A DNA stretch of 64,000 nt from Phycisphaerales bacterium (GTDB taxonomy: Bacteria; Planctomycetota; Phycisphaerae; Phycisphaerales; UBA1924): NCBI GenBank assembly GCA_965227775.1, contig OZ245777.1, forward strand, positions 2,368,001 to 2,432,000, written 5' to 3'. The translations under genes and the position numbers were made by a program. Shown here piece by piece: positions 51,196-59,728 of this stretch. The notes below the pieces were generated by a model. It saw nothing but the letters and a program-made list of their open reading frames with translations. It did no database searches and had not been told where the DNA came from. Each line of letters starts with the position of its first letter. Position 1 is the stretch's first letter.

Positions 51196-52772
51196 GCGAT
51201 CGCGTCTGCTTCATCGAACGCGACGAGCGCGGCGATCGCATCCGCGCGGTGCGGCTCGTCGGCCTGCACGCCGAGGCGGCGTGGACGAGCCCTCGCGTCG
51301 ATGGGCGGTACGTCTCTGAGGCATCCGAAGACGCGGAGGCGGCCGCCGAGTGGATCGCCCAGCGGCTCTCCATCGATGGGGACAAACTCGGGGTGATCGT
51401 GCTGGACACGACTGGCGCGCACTGCGCGTGGGTGCAGGCGGCCACCGCCGAAGCGGGCGCCGTGCGGAGCGCCTATGGACGCGGCGGTGAGGTTGCCGAG
51501 GACGAGTTCGACGTCGACTTCGGCCTTGAGGACGAGGCAGAGGAGAGCGACGCGCTCGGTGCACGCCCCACGCCGACCGAGGCCGCGATCGAGGCGCTCG
51601 GGCCGGCGTACGAATCGGAGTCCGGGCTGCGTGTAGGCGTACTCGTCGCTCCTGACTCAATCGTTCGTTTGCTGATCGATGAGCTCGATCGCAATGGCGT
51701 TGGATTCACCGGTGTAACGAGTCTGTGGCACTTGTTGGGTTGGATGGCTTCGCCTGATGGCGGCTCGGTGGAGTCGTCGCGCGTTGTCTCCGACAGTCCG
51801 ACCGTGAGTGGCGGCGTGATGGTGACTGCCTCCGGGCGGCTTCTGTGGGGCTGGTGCCGGGAGGACACGCTGCTCGCGGCCGGTGCGCTTCGCCTGGGAT
51901 TGCACGACGACGGCCCGGTTGTGTCTGCGCACGACGTCGCTCGGCTTGTGAACGATTGGGTGGCGTGGAGCGCGCAGGTTGGTGTCGCGCCGGGGCGCAT
52001 CAAGATCTCGTCGTGCGAGCTCGCCGGTGAGCGTTCGACTGGCGATGCCAATACGTTGTCCGTGCCTGGGCTTGCATCGTCGTTGGCCGATGCATGGCCG
52101 GACGCGGTCGTCGATGTCGACGTATTCGAGGATCCGGTGCTCGAGGTGCTGCGATCGCATGGCACGACTGCTGGGGGCGAGCTTGCCCCGGGGCATGCGA
52201 TGTCGTCGCTCGCGCTGCGGCCAGGGCGCGCCACACGCCGCGTGTATCAGGTTGCCGGGCTGGCACTGGCGTGCTGCGGGCTCGCGCTTGCGGCGGTTGG
52301 ATTCCGCTCGCAAAGCCAGGCTCCGGCCATGCGTGCCGACGCCGAGCGCGTGCGTGAGGCGTATCTCGCGGAAATGGCTGAGGTGGAGCAGAAGCTCGGC
52401 GTTCCTGGTGAGATCACCGGGGCGATCGTGCCGATCTTTGCGCTCACCGCCGCGGTCGATCAGAGAACGCGGGCCAGTGAGATTACTCGGGCAGAGGGAA
52501 AGCCCATCGTGCGAGAGCTGGAATCGCTCTCGTTCCTGCTCAGCGAACTAGGCGATGATGTTGAGTTGCAGCGGATCGACGCGAGCACCGTTGGTTTCAC
52601 CGTCCAGCTTTCGACGGAGAATGACGCCATCGTGGGGCGCATCAATGCGCTTCTGAGTGACCTGGGCATGAACAGTGGGCCGATTCGCTGGCAGCCCAAC
52701 GCGACCCAGCGTGGCTCGGAGTACACCGTGCGTATGGCCGGCACATGGGCACGCCAGGGAGGCCAGCAGTGA
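51192..52772 (+). CDS. GspL-like (PilM/PilN-like) assembly protein
   Basis: Large cytoplasmic part, one TM near residue 350, helical then ferredoxin-like periplasmic part; operon position. Confidence 0.5.
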   Translation: MSDRVCFIERDERGDRIRAVRLVGLHAEAAWTSPRVDGRYVSEASEDAEAAAEWIAQRLSIDGDKLGVIVLDTTGAHCAWVQAATAEAGAVRSAYGRGGEVAEDEFDVDFGLEDEAEESDALGARPTPTEAAIEALGPAYESESGLRVGVLVAPDSIVRLLIDELDRNGVGFTGVTSLWHLLGWMASPDGGSVESSRVVSDSPTVSGGVMVTASGRLLWGWCREDTLLAAGALRLGLHDDGPVVSAHDVARLVNDWVAWSAQVGVAPGRIKISSCELAGERSTGDANTLSVPGLASSLADAWPDAVVDVDVFEDPVLEVLRSHGTTAGGELAPGHAMSSLALRPGRATRRVYQVAGLALACCGLALAAVGFRSQSQAPAMRADAERVREAYLAEMAEVEQKLGVPGEITGAIVPIFALTAAVDQRTRASEITRAEGKPIVRELESLSFLLSELGDDVELQRIDASTVGFTVQLSTENDAIVGRINALLSDLGMNSGPIRWQPNATQRGSEYTVRMAGTWARQGGQQ

Positions 52773-53335
52773 GCGACCTGGAGCGAGAGGGCTTGACGGC
52801 GAGCCGGGCTGAGCTTGCTGCCCGGGCGGCGGCGCGGGAGCAGCGGAACAAGCCGCGCGGGTTCCTGTACCTTGGCGCGATCGTCCTGCTGGCCGGGCTG
52901 GTGTACATGATGTACGGTCGATCGGTCCTCGGCGGTGCGACTGACGACCGGCGTCGCGAGGTCAACACGGCGACGACCGTCGCGATGCAGGCCCTTCGGC
53001 TCGAACGGCATGAATCGGCTGAGGCCGCGCGGGGCGGAAGCACGCTAGATCCTGTCCCCAATTTTACGACGCTGGCGAACTCGGCCGCGCAGGTTGTTGG
53101 CCTGTCGCCCGCACCATCGCTGTCGAGCCAGCGACAGAATGACTTGGGCGACATCGTCGAGCAGATCTATCAGTATGAGCGCGTCACGAGCCGCGATCTC
53201 GAAGCGTTGATCGGTTGGGTGGCCGAGGTGCAGAAGATGGTCCCGGGAGCAGAGATCTCCAGGCTTGACCTTGTTCCGCAGCCTACCCAGTGGCAACTGT
53301 CCGTGACGTTTGTGAAGCCGGAGCTTTCTTCATGA
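52769..53335 (+). CDS. GspM/PilO-like bitopic protein
   Basis: One TM, helical segment, C-terminal ...ISRLDL......WQLSVTF; GTGA overlap. Confidence 0.5.
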   Translation: MSDLEREGLTASRAELAARAAAREQRNKPRGFLYLGAIVLLAGLVYMMYGRSVLGGATDDRRREVNTATTVAMQALRLERHESAEAARGGSTLDPVPNFTTLANSAAQVVGLSPAPSLSSQRQNDLGDIVEQIYQYERVTSRDLEALIGWVAEVQKMVPGAEISRLDLVPQPTQWQLSVTFVKPELSS

Positions 53336-53967
53336 CCAACCGTGCGTTGGCCGTTGCCATCATCTCGTGTCTCTCGCTCGCCCTGGGGTGCGCAACGGAC
53401 AGTACCAAGCAGTTCAAGGAAGACCTCGGGGAGATTGTGCCCGACAACACGGCGCAGAAGCAAGCGGCCGTCCGCCGGGTCAACCAGGCGTACGTCGTCT
53501 ATCACGACAACGACCGCGAGGAAGCCAAGCGTGTCGAAGAAGCCAGAGAGCTTCTCGAGGAAGCGATCCGACTCGATCCCGGCTTTGCGACGGCGTACAT
53601 GAACCTGGGCGTGCTGTATCTCGAGAACCAGGACTTGGCGACCGCAGTCAAGCTGTTCCGCAGGGCCCAGCAGCTCATGCCAGGCGATTCGAGGCCGAGT
53701 TACCACCTTGGCGTTGCGTACTACAAGATGGGGCACGCACGAGAGGCGATCAACGCCCACTTGAATGCGATCAAGATCGACGAGTCGGACTTGCGAGCGG
53801 CGCGTGGGTTGACGCTGGCCTGCCGGAGCATCTATTACGCTGACGATACCACGCTGGAAACCCTGCGTCGCGCCGAGATGATGGAGCCAAGCGACGAGTG
53901 GCGCGAGATCATGTCTCGCGAGATCACACGGCAGAAGCGCAAGCTTGAGATGAGCCCCACCCGATGA
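53332..53967 (+). CDS. TPR-repeat lipoprotein (pilotin candidate)
   Basis: Lipobox LALGC; TPR motifs AIRLDPGFATAYMNLGVLY, SYHLGVAYYKMG. Confidence 0.85.
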   Translation: MTNRALAVAIISCLSLALGCATDSTKQFKEDLGEIVPDNTAQKQAAVRRVNQAYVVYHDNDREEAKRVEEARELLEEAIRLDPGFATAYMNLGVLYLENQDLATAVKLFRRAQQLMPGDSRPSYHLGVAYYKMGHAREAINAHLNAIKIDESDLRAARGLTLACRSIYYADDTTLETLRRAEMMEPSDEWREIMSREITRQKRKLEMSPTR

Positions 53968-54401
53968 GCGAAACAGAGACCAAGAAGAAGCCGAGCGGTG
54001 CCCGTCAGGTCTTGACGCTGCTCGTGGCACTGGGAATCTTCGCACTCGCGGCGGTGGTGATCTACCCGAAGCTGCAGGAGCGGACGCAAGGGCCGGTTCG
54101 GCTCGATGTTCTCAACGCGGCGGGTGTCCCGTTGAGCGGCTCGCAGATCTCGTTGCGTGTGCCCGCCGGCGAGAATCCCGGCCAGATCAGCGACGTCATC
54201 GAGGCTGGCAGGCTCCTGACGATCTACGAGGGCATGGGCCCGATCGACGTCGAGTCCATCACCTACGTATTCGGCGGCGACAGCTTGATCCAAACGCACG
54301 ATCTCGATTACACGATCGAGCCGGGTGGCGTTGTGGTCTTGCGTGTGACGCCCGATGGCGTCGAAGTCGACGCGTCGGAGATCGTCGCCGAATCTCCCTG
54401 A
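53964..54401 (+). CDS. Hypothetical membrane-anchored protein
   Basis: N-terminal TM; ATGA overlap with the TPR gene; last gene of the operon. Confidence 0.7.
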   Translation: MSETETKKKPSGARQVLTLLVALGIFALAAVVIYPKLQERTQGPVRLDVLNAAGVPLSGSQISLRVPAGENPGQISDVIEAGRLLTIYEGMGPIDVESITYVFGGDSLIQTHDLDYTIEPGGVVVLRVTPDGVEVDASEIVAESP

Positions 54402-54410
54402 CCGACGCAA

Positions 54411-55868
54411 TCAGAGACGTTCAGCTGCGAGGCTCGCGAGCGTTGAGCGTTCGCTGCGCTGCAACATGACGTGGCCGACGAGCCCGAGCCCCTTCATCTT
54501 TTCAACGGCGTAGGACAGGCCGTTCGAGGAGCCGTCGAGGTATGGGTTGTCGATCTGGCCGATGTCGCCGGTAAGCACGAGCTTGGTGCCCTCGCCCACG
54601 CGGCTGGCAATGGTCTTGACCTCGTGGGGCGTGAGGTTCTGGGCCTCGTCGACGATCATGAACTGGTGGGGGATCGAGCGGCCGCGGATGTACGTGAGCG
54701 GTTCGAGCACGAGCTTGCCGTCCGCGATCATCTTGTCGATGCGTTGCTCGTTGGTGTGGCTGTCGGCAGCCTGCCCGTGCGCTCCACGAGTGCTAAGCAA
54801 GTACTCGAGGTTGTCGAAGATCGGCTGCATCCAGGCAAAGAGCTTCTCGTCCTTGTCGCCGGGCAGGAATCCGATGTCGCGGCCCATGGGCATGATGGGG
54901 CGTGCCACGAGCAGCTTATCGAAGCGGCCCTCCTGGAAGACCTTTGCCATGCCTGCTGCCAGCGCGAGCAGCGTCTTGCCGGTGCCAGCGCTGCCGAGCA
55001 GCGTGATCATCTGGATCTCGTCGTCCATGAGCAGGTCGAGCGCCATGGTCTGCTGCACGTTTCGCGCGAGCAAGCCGAATATGGGCTTGCGCGGTGGGCT
55101 GATGGGGATGAGGTGCTCGGTGTCCGCCAGGCGGCGTGCTAGGCCCGTGTGGTTTTCGTCCTGCTCGTCCTTGAGGAGAACGAACGCGTTCGGCAGGATC
55201 TCCTCTGGCTCGGCGGGCATCGTGGGATCGCTGTCGTCGTGGTCGGCGGCCAGCGCCTCGTGCACGGGTTCGAGGGGCAGCATGCGCTCGTCGTAGAGCT
55301 GGTCGATGAGGTGGCCCTCAACCGCAGCGGTGACGTAGCCGGTGTAGAGCCGATCGGCGTCGATCTTCTGATTCTGGAAGTCTTCTGTGGGGATGCCCAT
55401 CGCGTCGCTCTTGATGCGCGCGTTCAGATCCTTCGAAACGAAGACTGCGCGGTCGCCCTTGTCGTGCAGCTCCCACGCCACGGCGATGATGCGGTTGTCC
55501 TTGGTGTCTTCGGCGATGGCGTGCGGGCGGCTGGTGTCTGAGATCGCGATGCGGATGAGTCCGGTCGTGCCGTTGCCCGTCGAAGCGGCTGCGCCGGCTT
55601 GCGGGCTGGCGTCTCCCCATCGCACGCCCTCGGTGAGCGTGCCCTTGGCCCGGAGCCGATCGAGTCGGCGGATGACCTCGCGTGCGTTACGGCCGATGTC
55701 GTCTTCTTGCCGCTTGAGCTTGTCGAGCTCTTCGATCACGGCGAAGGGGATGATGACGTTGTTGTCCTGGAAGACGAACAGCGCATTTGGGTTGTGCAGC
55801 AGCACATTGGTGTCCAGGACGAACTGCTTGATCCCGGTGCGCTTCGGGCTGGCTTCGGTTGTTGGCAT
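54411..55868 (-). CDS. PIN + PhoH ATPase (PhoH2/YlaK family)
   Basis: FVLDTNVLLH (PIN); GSAGTGKT; GFLPGD; YIRGRS; IVDEAQN; SRVGEGTK; GDIGQID; RSERS. Confidence 0.95.
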   Translation of the reverse strand: MPTTEASPKRTGIKQFVLDTNVLLHNPNALFVFQDNNVIIPFAVIEELDKLKRQEDDIGRNAREVIRRLDRLRAKGTLTEGVRWGDASPQAGAAASTGNGTTGLIRIAISDTSRPHAIAEDTKDNRIIAVAWELHDKGDRAVFVSKDLNARIKSDAMGIPTEDFQNQKIDADRLYTGYVTAAVEGHLIDQLYDERMLPLEPVHEALAADHDDSDPTMPAEPEEILPNAFVLLKDEQDENHTGLARRLADTEHLIPISPPRKPIFGLLARNVQQTMALDLLMDDEIQMITLLGSAGTGKTLLALAAGMAKVFQEGRFDKLLVARPIMPMGRDIGFLPGDKDEKLFAWMQPIFDNLEYLLSTRGAHGQAADSHTNEQRIDKMIADGKLVLEPLTYIRGRSIPHQFMIVDEAQNLTPHEVKTIASRVGEGTKLVLTGDIGQIDNPYLDGSSNGLSYAVEKMKGLGLVGHVMLQRSERSTLASLAAERL

Positions 55869-55903
55869 GCGATCTCTCTCGTTCTCTCTCGCGTTCTAGA
55901 AGG

Positions 55904-56440
55904 CTACCAGGTAGACCACGCGGCAATGACGAGCAGCGTGGCACAGATGATGGACAGGACGAACTTCACGACGATTGCTGCAAACCAGCCGGCCGAGGCT
56001 CCGGCGCCAACCTTGGCGGATTGCTTCCAGGTTTCTTCCTGACCCGTTCGATGGACGAGCATCGCGGCGACGCCCGCGCCGACGGCCCCGCCCAGAAGCG
56101 TGCCCACGATGGGGAGCACGAACGAGCCGGCGATGGCCCCGATGATGCCGCCCCCGAATGCTGCGATCATCGCGCGGCGGGTTCCGCCCATGCGCTTGGC
56201 TCCCAAGACGCCTGCGGTCCAATCGACGACATCGGAGGCAAGTGTGCACGCCATGATGAATCCGAAGACCCACCACGACACGATCGGGTTGTTGCCCGGC
56301 CAGTAGCCCAGCCAGTAGCCAATGAGGTTGGCGAGCAGGGTGACCAGCGTCAGCAGCCAGAGCCCCGGCAAGCTTACAAGAACGATGGCTGGCCCGATCA
56401 GGGCGGCCACGGTGAGCACGATGGCAAAGGCAATCCAGAT
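55904..56440 (-). CDS. DUF456 family membrane protein
   Basis: LPGLWL, GAKRMGGTRRAMIAAFGGGIIG, PIVGTLLGGAVGA; start either GTG 56419 or ATC 56440 (see findings). Confidence 0.8.
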   Translation of the reverse strand: MWIAFAIVLTVAALIGPAIVLVSLPGLWLLTLVTLLANLIGYWLGYWPGNNPIVSWWVFGFIMACTLASDVVDWTAGVLGAKRMGGTRRAMIAAFGGGIIGAIAGSFVLPIVGTLLGGAVGAGVAAMLVHRTGQEETWKQSAKVGAGASAGWFAAIVVKFVLSIICATLLVIAAWSTW

Positions 56441-56467
56441 GCGTGCGCTCCGACGTGTGGGGCGGGG

Positions 56468-57379
56468 CTAAGGGGTCTTGCCTGATTCTTGGGATTCGTC
56501 GGGCTCGGTGTTTGACTGATCGGCCGCCGGCTCGTCTGCTTGGGAACTCGAGGCATCATCGGGCGTGGACTCGGCCTGCTCGGGGAAGCGCTCGCGCTCC
56601 ATCTCGAGAATCCAGTCTTCGACGCCTTGGTGGCGGTAGAGATCGACCTTGATGTTCTTGCCTGCGTGCGTGGGGTGGGTCTCGTTGAGGTGCAGCACGA
56701 CGTAGAACTTGTGCCACTGGCTCTTGTCGAACTCGGCGACGTGCTCGGGCTTCACCTCGATGCCGCCCGGCAGCGTGACACGCTTGGCATCCGGGTCCCA
56801 GGCGTAGCGCGTGCCGACGGCGCGGAAGAGGCCGTAAGCGAAGTACAGGCCCAGGCCCGCGCCGACGAGGAAGATCGGGTACTGGGCCATGATGTCAAAC
56901 CTGCTGCGACGCTTTGGCGCATTGCCGCGGTCGACGTCACCCCAGGTCTCGCGCAATGCGGCCAGACGCTCGAAGGCCGAACCAATCTGGCCCTCGGCGG
57001 CGTTGTCTCTGGGGTACTGCGTGTACTGCGGATCGAGTCGGTTGACGATGCTCAGCGCGTCGAGCCAGTTGCCACGCACGTCGTTGACGGTCGCGGGATT
57101 GCGGTTATAGCTTGGGTTGCCCAAACGGTCGTAGGTCTCGACGGGGTCGGGAATGCTCGCGACGCCAAGGTTCGCGCCGGCCGACGCCGCCGGGGGCGGG
57201 TTGTCGAGGAAGTCGAGGTACTCCCATTCGGCCCACTCGGCAAACCTGACGGCCTGAGCCGGATAGAGGATGAAGCCGTCGTAAAAGCCCCAGACGCCTA
57301 GGCCTGAAACGAGGACGGTGAGGATGACCTGCTTGATCCAGTATCGCGGACTGAGCTTGGCGTGCTGGGTCTGGGCCAT
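56468..57379 (-). CDS. Hypothetical membrane protein (2 TM)
   Basis: GGAG RBS; two TMs; coding-like codon bias; acidic tail. Confidence 0.8.
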   Translation of the reverse strand: MAQTQHAKLSPRYWIKQVILTVLVSGLGVWGFYDGFILYPAQAVRFAEWAEWEYLDFLDNPPPAASAGANLGVASIPDPVETYDRLGNPSYNRNPATVNDVRGNWLDALSIVNRLDPQYTQYPRDNAAEGQIGSAFERLAALRETWGDVDRGNAPKRRSRFDIMAQYPIFLVGAGLGLYFAYGLFRAVGTRYAWDPDAKRVTLPGGIEVKPEHVAEFDKSQWHKFYVVLHLNETHPTHAGKNIKVDLYRHQGVEDWILEMERERFPEQAESTPDDASSSQADEPAADQSNTEPDESQESGKTP

Positions 57380-57421
57380 GGGTTCTCCGTGCGATGCGAG
57401 CGAGGCGATTCGGACCCGGCC

Positions 57422-57667
57422 CTACGCGTCGGGCGAGGAGGAGTCCATGGAGCGAAAGGTATCGTGCCACCACTGATCGGCCCACGAGCGCCCCAGGGGG
57501 GTATCGGTCAGGCGGTCGAATCCGCCCGAATCGACCCGGATCGAGGGGATGGTTGGGTAGCGGCGGGGGTGCTTGATTGCTCGATTCAGCCACCGCTCGT
57601 GCGTCAGCCGGAACGCCTCGGCGAGCGAATGGGGACGCTGGCGCTTTGGGAGTGGTTCGGGCGTCAT
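57422..57667 (-). CDS. Small hypothetical protein (81 aa)
   Basis: Fills the intergenic gap, co-oriented with neighbours; TACAAT 9 nt before ATG. Confidence 0.55.
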   Translation of the reverse strand: MTPEPLPKRQRPHSLAEAFRLTHERWLNRAIKHPRRYPTIPSIRVDSGGFDRLTDTPLGRSWADQWWHDTFRSMDSSSPDA

Positions 57668-57760
57668 CTGCTGGTCATTGTACCGATTGGCCCGCAACGG
57701 GTTGGGTGGTTTGGGCCATGCCCATGTCATCGGCTCGATGGTGGGCTCAGCCGAGGGAGA

Positions 57761-58909
57761 TCAGGCGTGCGGAGCCGTCCGGCCGCGCCAGGATCGCTTG
57801 CCCGAGCGGTGGAGGCGATAGCTGTCCCACTGCACGAGCGTCATCGCCAGCACGCCCAACGGGTGCAGGAGTGCGGTCAGCGCGGGCAACTTGAGCCTCG
57901 CTGCGAGCAGGAGTCGCTGGACAGTGTGTGCGGCGATGCAGAGCAGCGCCAGGACCATCGCGAGCGAGAATGCCTCGCCCAGGGCCAGCAAGACCACGGC
58001 CGCGACCCAGGGCAGGAGATGGCCGACGAGGTGCATGACGGTCAGGAACACGAGCAGGCCCACGGAGCCCAGGCCCTCGAACGCGTTCTTGGCAAAGCCC
58101 TTCCAGGTGCTCTTGAGGTCGTGGTACATGCGGACGGAGGCAAGCGCGGTTCCATCGAAAAGATCCGTCCGATAACCAGAAGCCCGTGCTTCCCTGGGCA
58201 TCTTCACGCCGTCGTGCATCGTGTCCTTGAACGCCACGTGGCCGCCGAACGCGTCGTAGCAAGCTCGGCTGACCAGGATGAACTGGCCACACGCGGCGGA
58301 TGTGGCGGGATCGGTGGTGGACCGCATCCGGCTCATGGGCAGATAGCTGAAGAGGATGAAGAAGATCATGGGGACGACCAGCAACTCGGCGGGGGATCGA
58401 ACGATCTGCCGCGGGAAGGTCGAGAGAAGGCCGAGCTTCGCCTCGCGATCGTCGAGAGATCGCCACGCAGCGAGCGTCTTGGCGATCGCGTCGGGCTCGA
58501 AGCGGACATCGGCATCGGTGAAGAGCAGCAGATCGCCAGTTGCTTGCTGGGCGCACCTCCAGCAGGCGTGCTGCTTGCCATTCCAGCCCTCGGGCAGGGA
58601 GACTGACTCGACTTGCCGGACGCGATCTTCCTCATCGGCAAGCTTCGCGAGGATCTGCGGCGTGGCGTCGGTGCTCTGGTCGTCGTAAACGAGGATCTCG
58701 ATGTCTCGATGAGTCGATGCAAGCAGCGATCGAACGCAGGCCTCGATGTTTGCCTCTTCGTCGCGTGCGGGAATGCAGACGCTGACCTTCCGATCGGAGG
58801 ACTCGGCGTCCGCTGGAGGGCGCTGGTAGACTCCGAGGTTCGCAATGGTCAGCGCCAGCGCACCGATCGAGATGAGCAGCGCAATCGATAGCAGGACGAC
58901 GAGTATCAC
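57761..58909 (-). CDS. Glycosyltransferase family 2, carotenoid glycosyltransferase (CrtQ-like)
   Basis: SVCIPARDEE, DDQSTD, LPEGWNGKQHAC, FTDAD, ACGQF, RMY..W.GFAKN; adjacent to a carotenoid oxidoreductase. Confidence 0.85.
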   Translation of the reverse strand: MILVVLLSIALLISIGALALTIANLGVYQRPPADAESSDRKVSVCIPARDEEANIEACVRSLLASTHRDIEILVYDDQSTDATPQILAKLADEEDRVRQVESVSLPEGWNGKQHACWRCAQQATGDLLLFTDADVRFEPDAIAKTLAAWRSLDDREAKLGLLSTFPRQIVRSPAELLVVPMIFFILFSYLPMSRMRSTTDPATSAACGQFILVSRACYDAFGGHVAFKDTMHDGVKMPREARASGYRTDLFDGTALASVRMYHDLKSTWKGFAKNAFEGLGSVGLLVFLTVMHLVGHLLPWVAAVVLLALGEAFSLAMVLALLCIAAHTVQRLLLAARLKLPALTALLHPLGVLAMTLVQWDSYRLHRSGKRSWRGRTAPHA

Positions 58910-59721
58910 GAGCTCGGTTCCGTTCGCGGCTTGTGCGACTCGATCGTGGCCTGTCGCCCCGTCAGCCGAAGGATGGCGTCATAGATCGGGTTTACGCCGG
59001 AGGCGCCCCGGCCCAGGATGGTCTCGAATGAGGCGGGATCGCGGGCGATCGAGGCCGCGGCGAGTTCGTGCATCGCATCATCGAGTGACTCGACCATGCA
59101 GCGTTGCCAGTGGCTCGTGGTCGAGCGTTCGGGTGGGCGGCACGTCTTGGCGAGCAAGAGTACCTCCGGCTTTCGATCTTCCCAGAACGTGAACTCGATG
59201 GCGAGGCTCACCACGCGTAGTGAGTTGCCAGTTGAACCGAGCCGCGATGCGATTGCGGCAGCGCCGGGGCGCAGCTCCAGTGGTGCTCGTACGTCAGCGA
59301 AGCCGCCTTGGGGCGTGATCCAGAAGCTCGGTCGCGGGTTCGAGGCAGCAAGCTCACCGGCGTACTTGACCAAGGCCTTGAACGCGGCTGGATCATCCAG
59401 ATCGACGCCGAAGAGTCCGAGCTTGCGCATGAATTTGAACTGCTCGACCATTGCCCGGTCCATCGGCGCAAACACCTGACGATTGCGCGCGTAGAGATCC
59501 GCGAGCGATGCGGTCAGGATCGGGTCCCACCAGCTTTGGTGGTTCAGGAGAAGCATCGTCGGGCCATCGTGAGAATCGAGATCGGCGAGCACGCGATCTC
59601 CGCCACGTGCGAGGCGCATGGCGTTGAAGTTCTTGCGTATGAGCCTGCTGGCATACCAGCGGAAGAGCCGGCAGAACCACGCTCGGCGATCGTGCGGCAG
59701 GATGGCCGGCGGAGCGTCCAC
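58906..59721 (-). CDS. Lysophospholipid acyltransferase family protein, probable carotenoid acyltransferase
   Basis: NHQSWWD (HX4D), WITPQG, FWEDRKPE; located between crt-type genes. Confidence 0.85.
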   Translation of the reverse strand: MDAPPAILPHDRRAWFCRLFRWYASRLIRKNFNAMRLARGGDRVLADLDSHDGPTMLLLNHQSWWDPILTASLADLYARNRQVFAPMDRAMVEQFKFMRKLGLFGVDLDDPAAFKALVKYAGELAASNPRPSFWITPQGGFADVRAPLELRPGAAAIASRLGSTGNSLRVVSLAIEFTFWEDRKPEVLLLAKTCRPPERSTTSHWQRCMVESLDDAMHELAAASIARDPASFETILGRGASGVNPIYDAILRLTGRQATIESHKPRTEPSS

Positions 59722-59728
59722 GATGGTT

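Noticed and set aside
55873..55891. (GA)n-like tract upstream of the PhoH gene as a phase-variable repeat
   Set aside because: Short and interrupted; more simply a purine-rich ribosome-binding region
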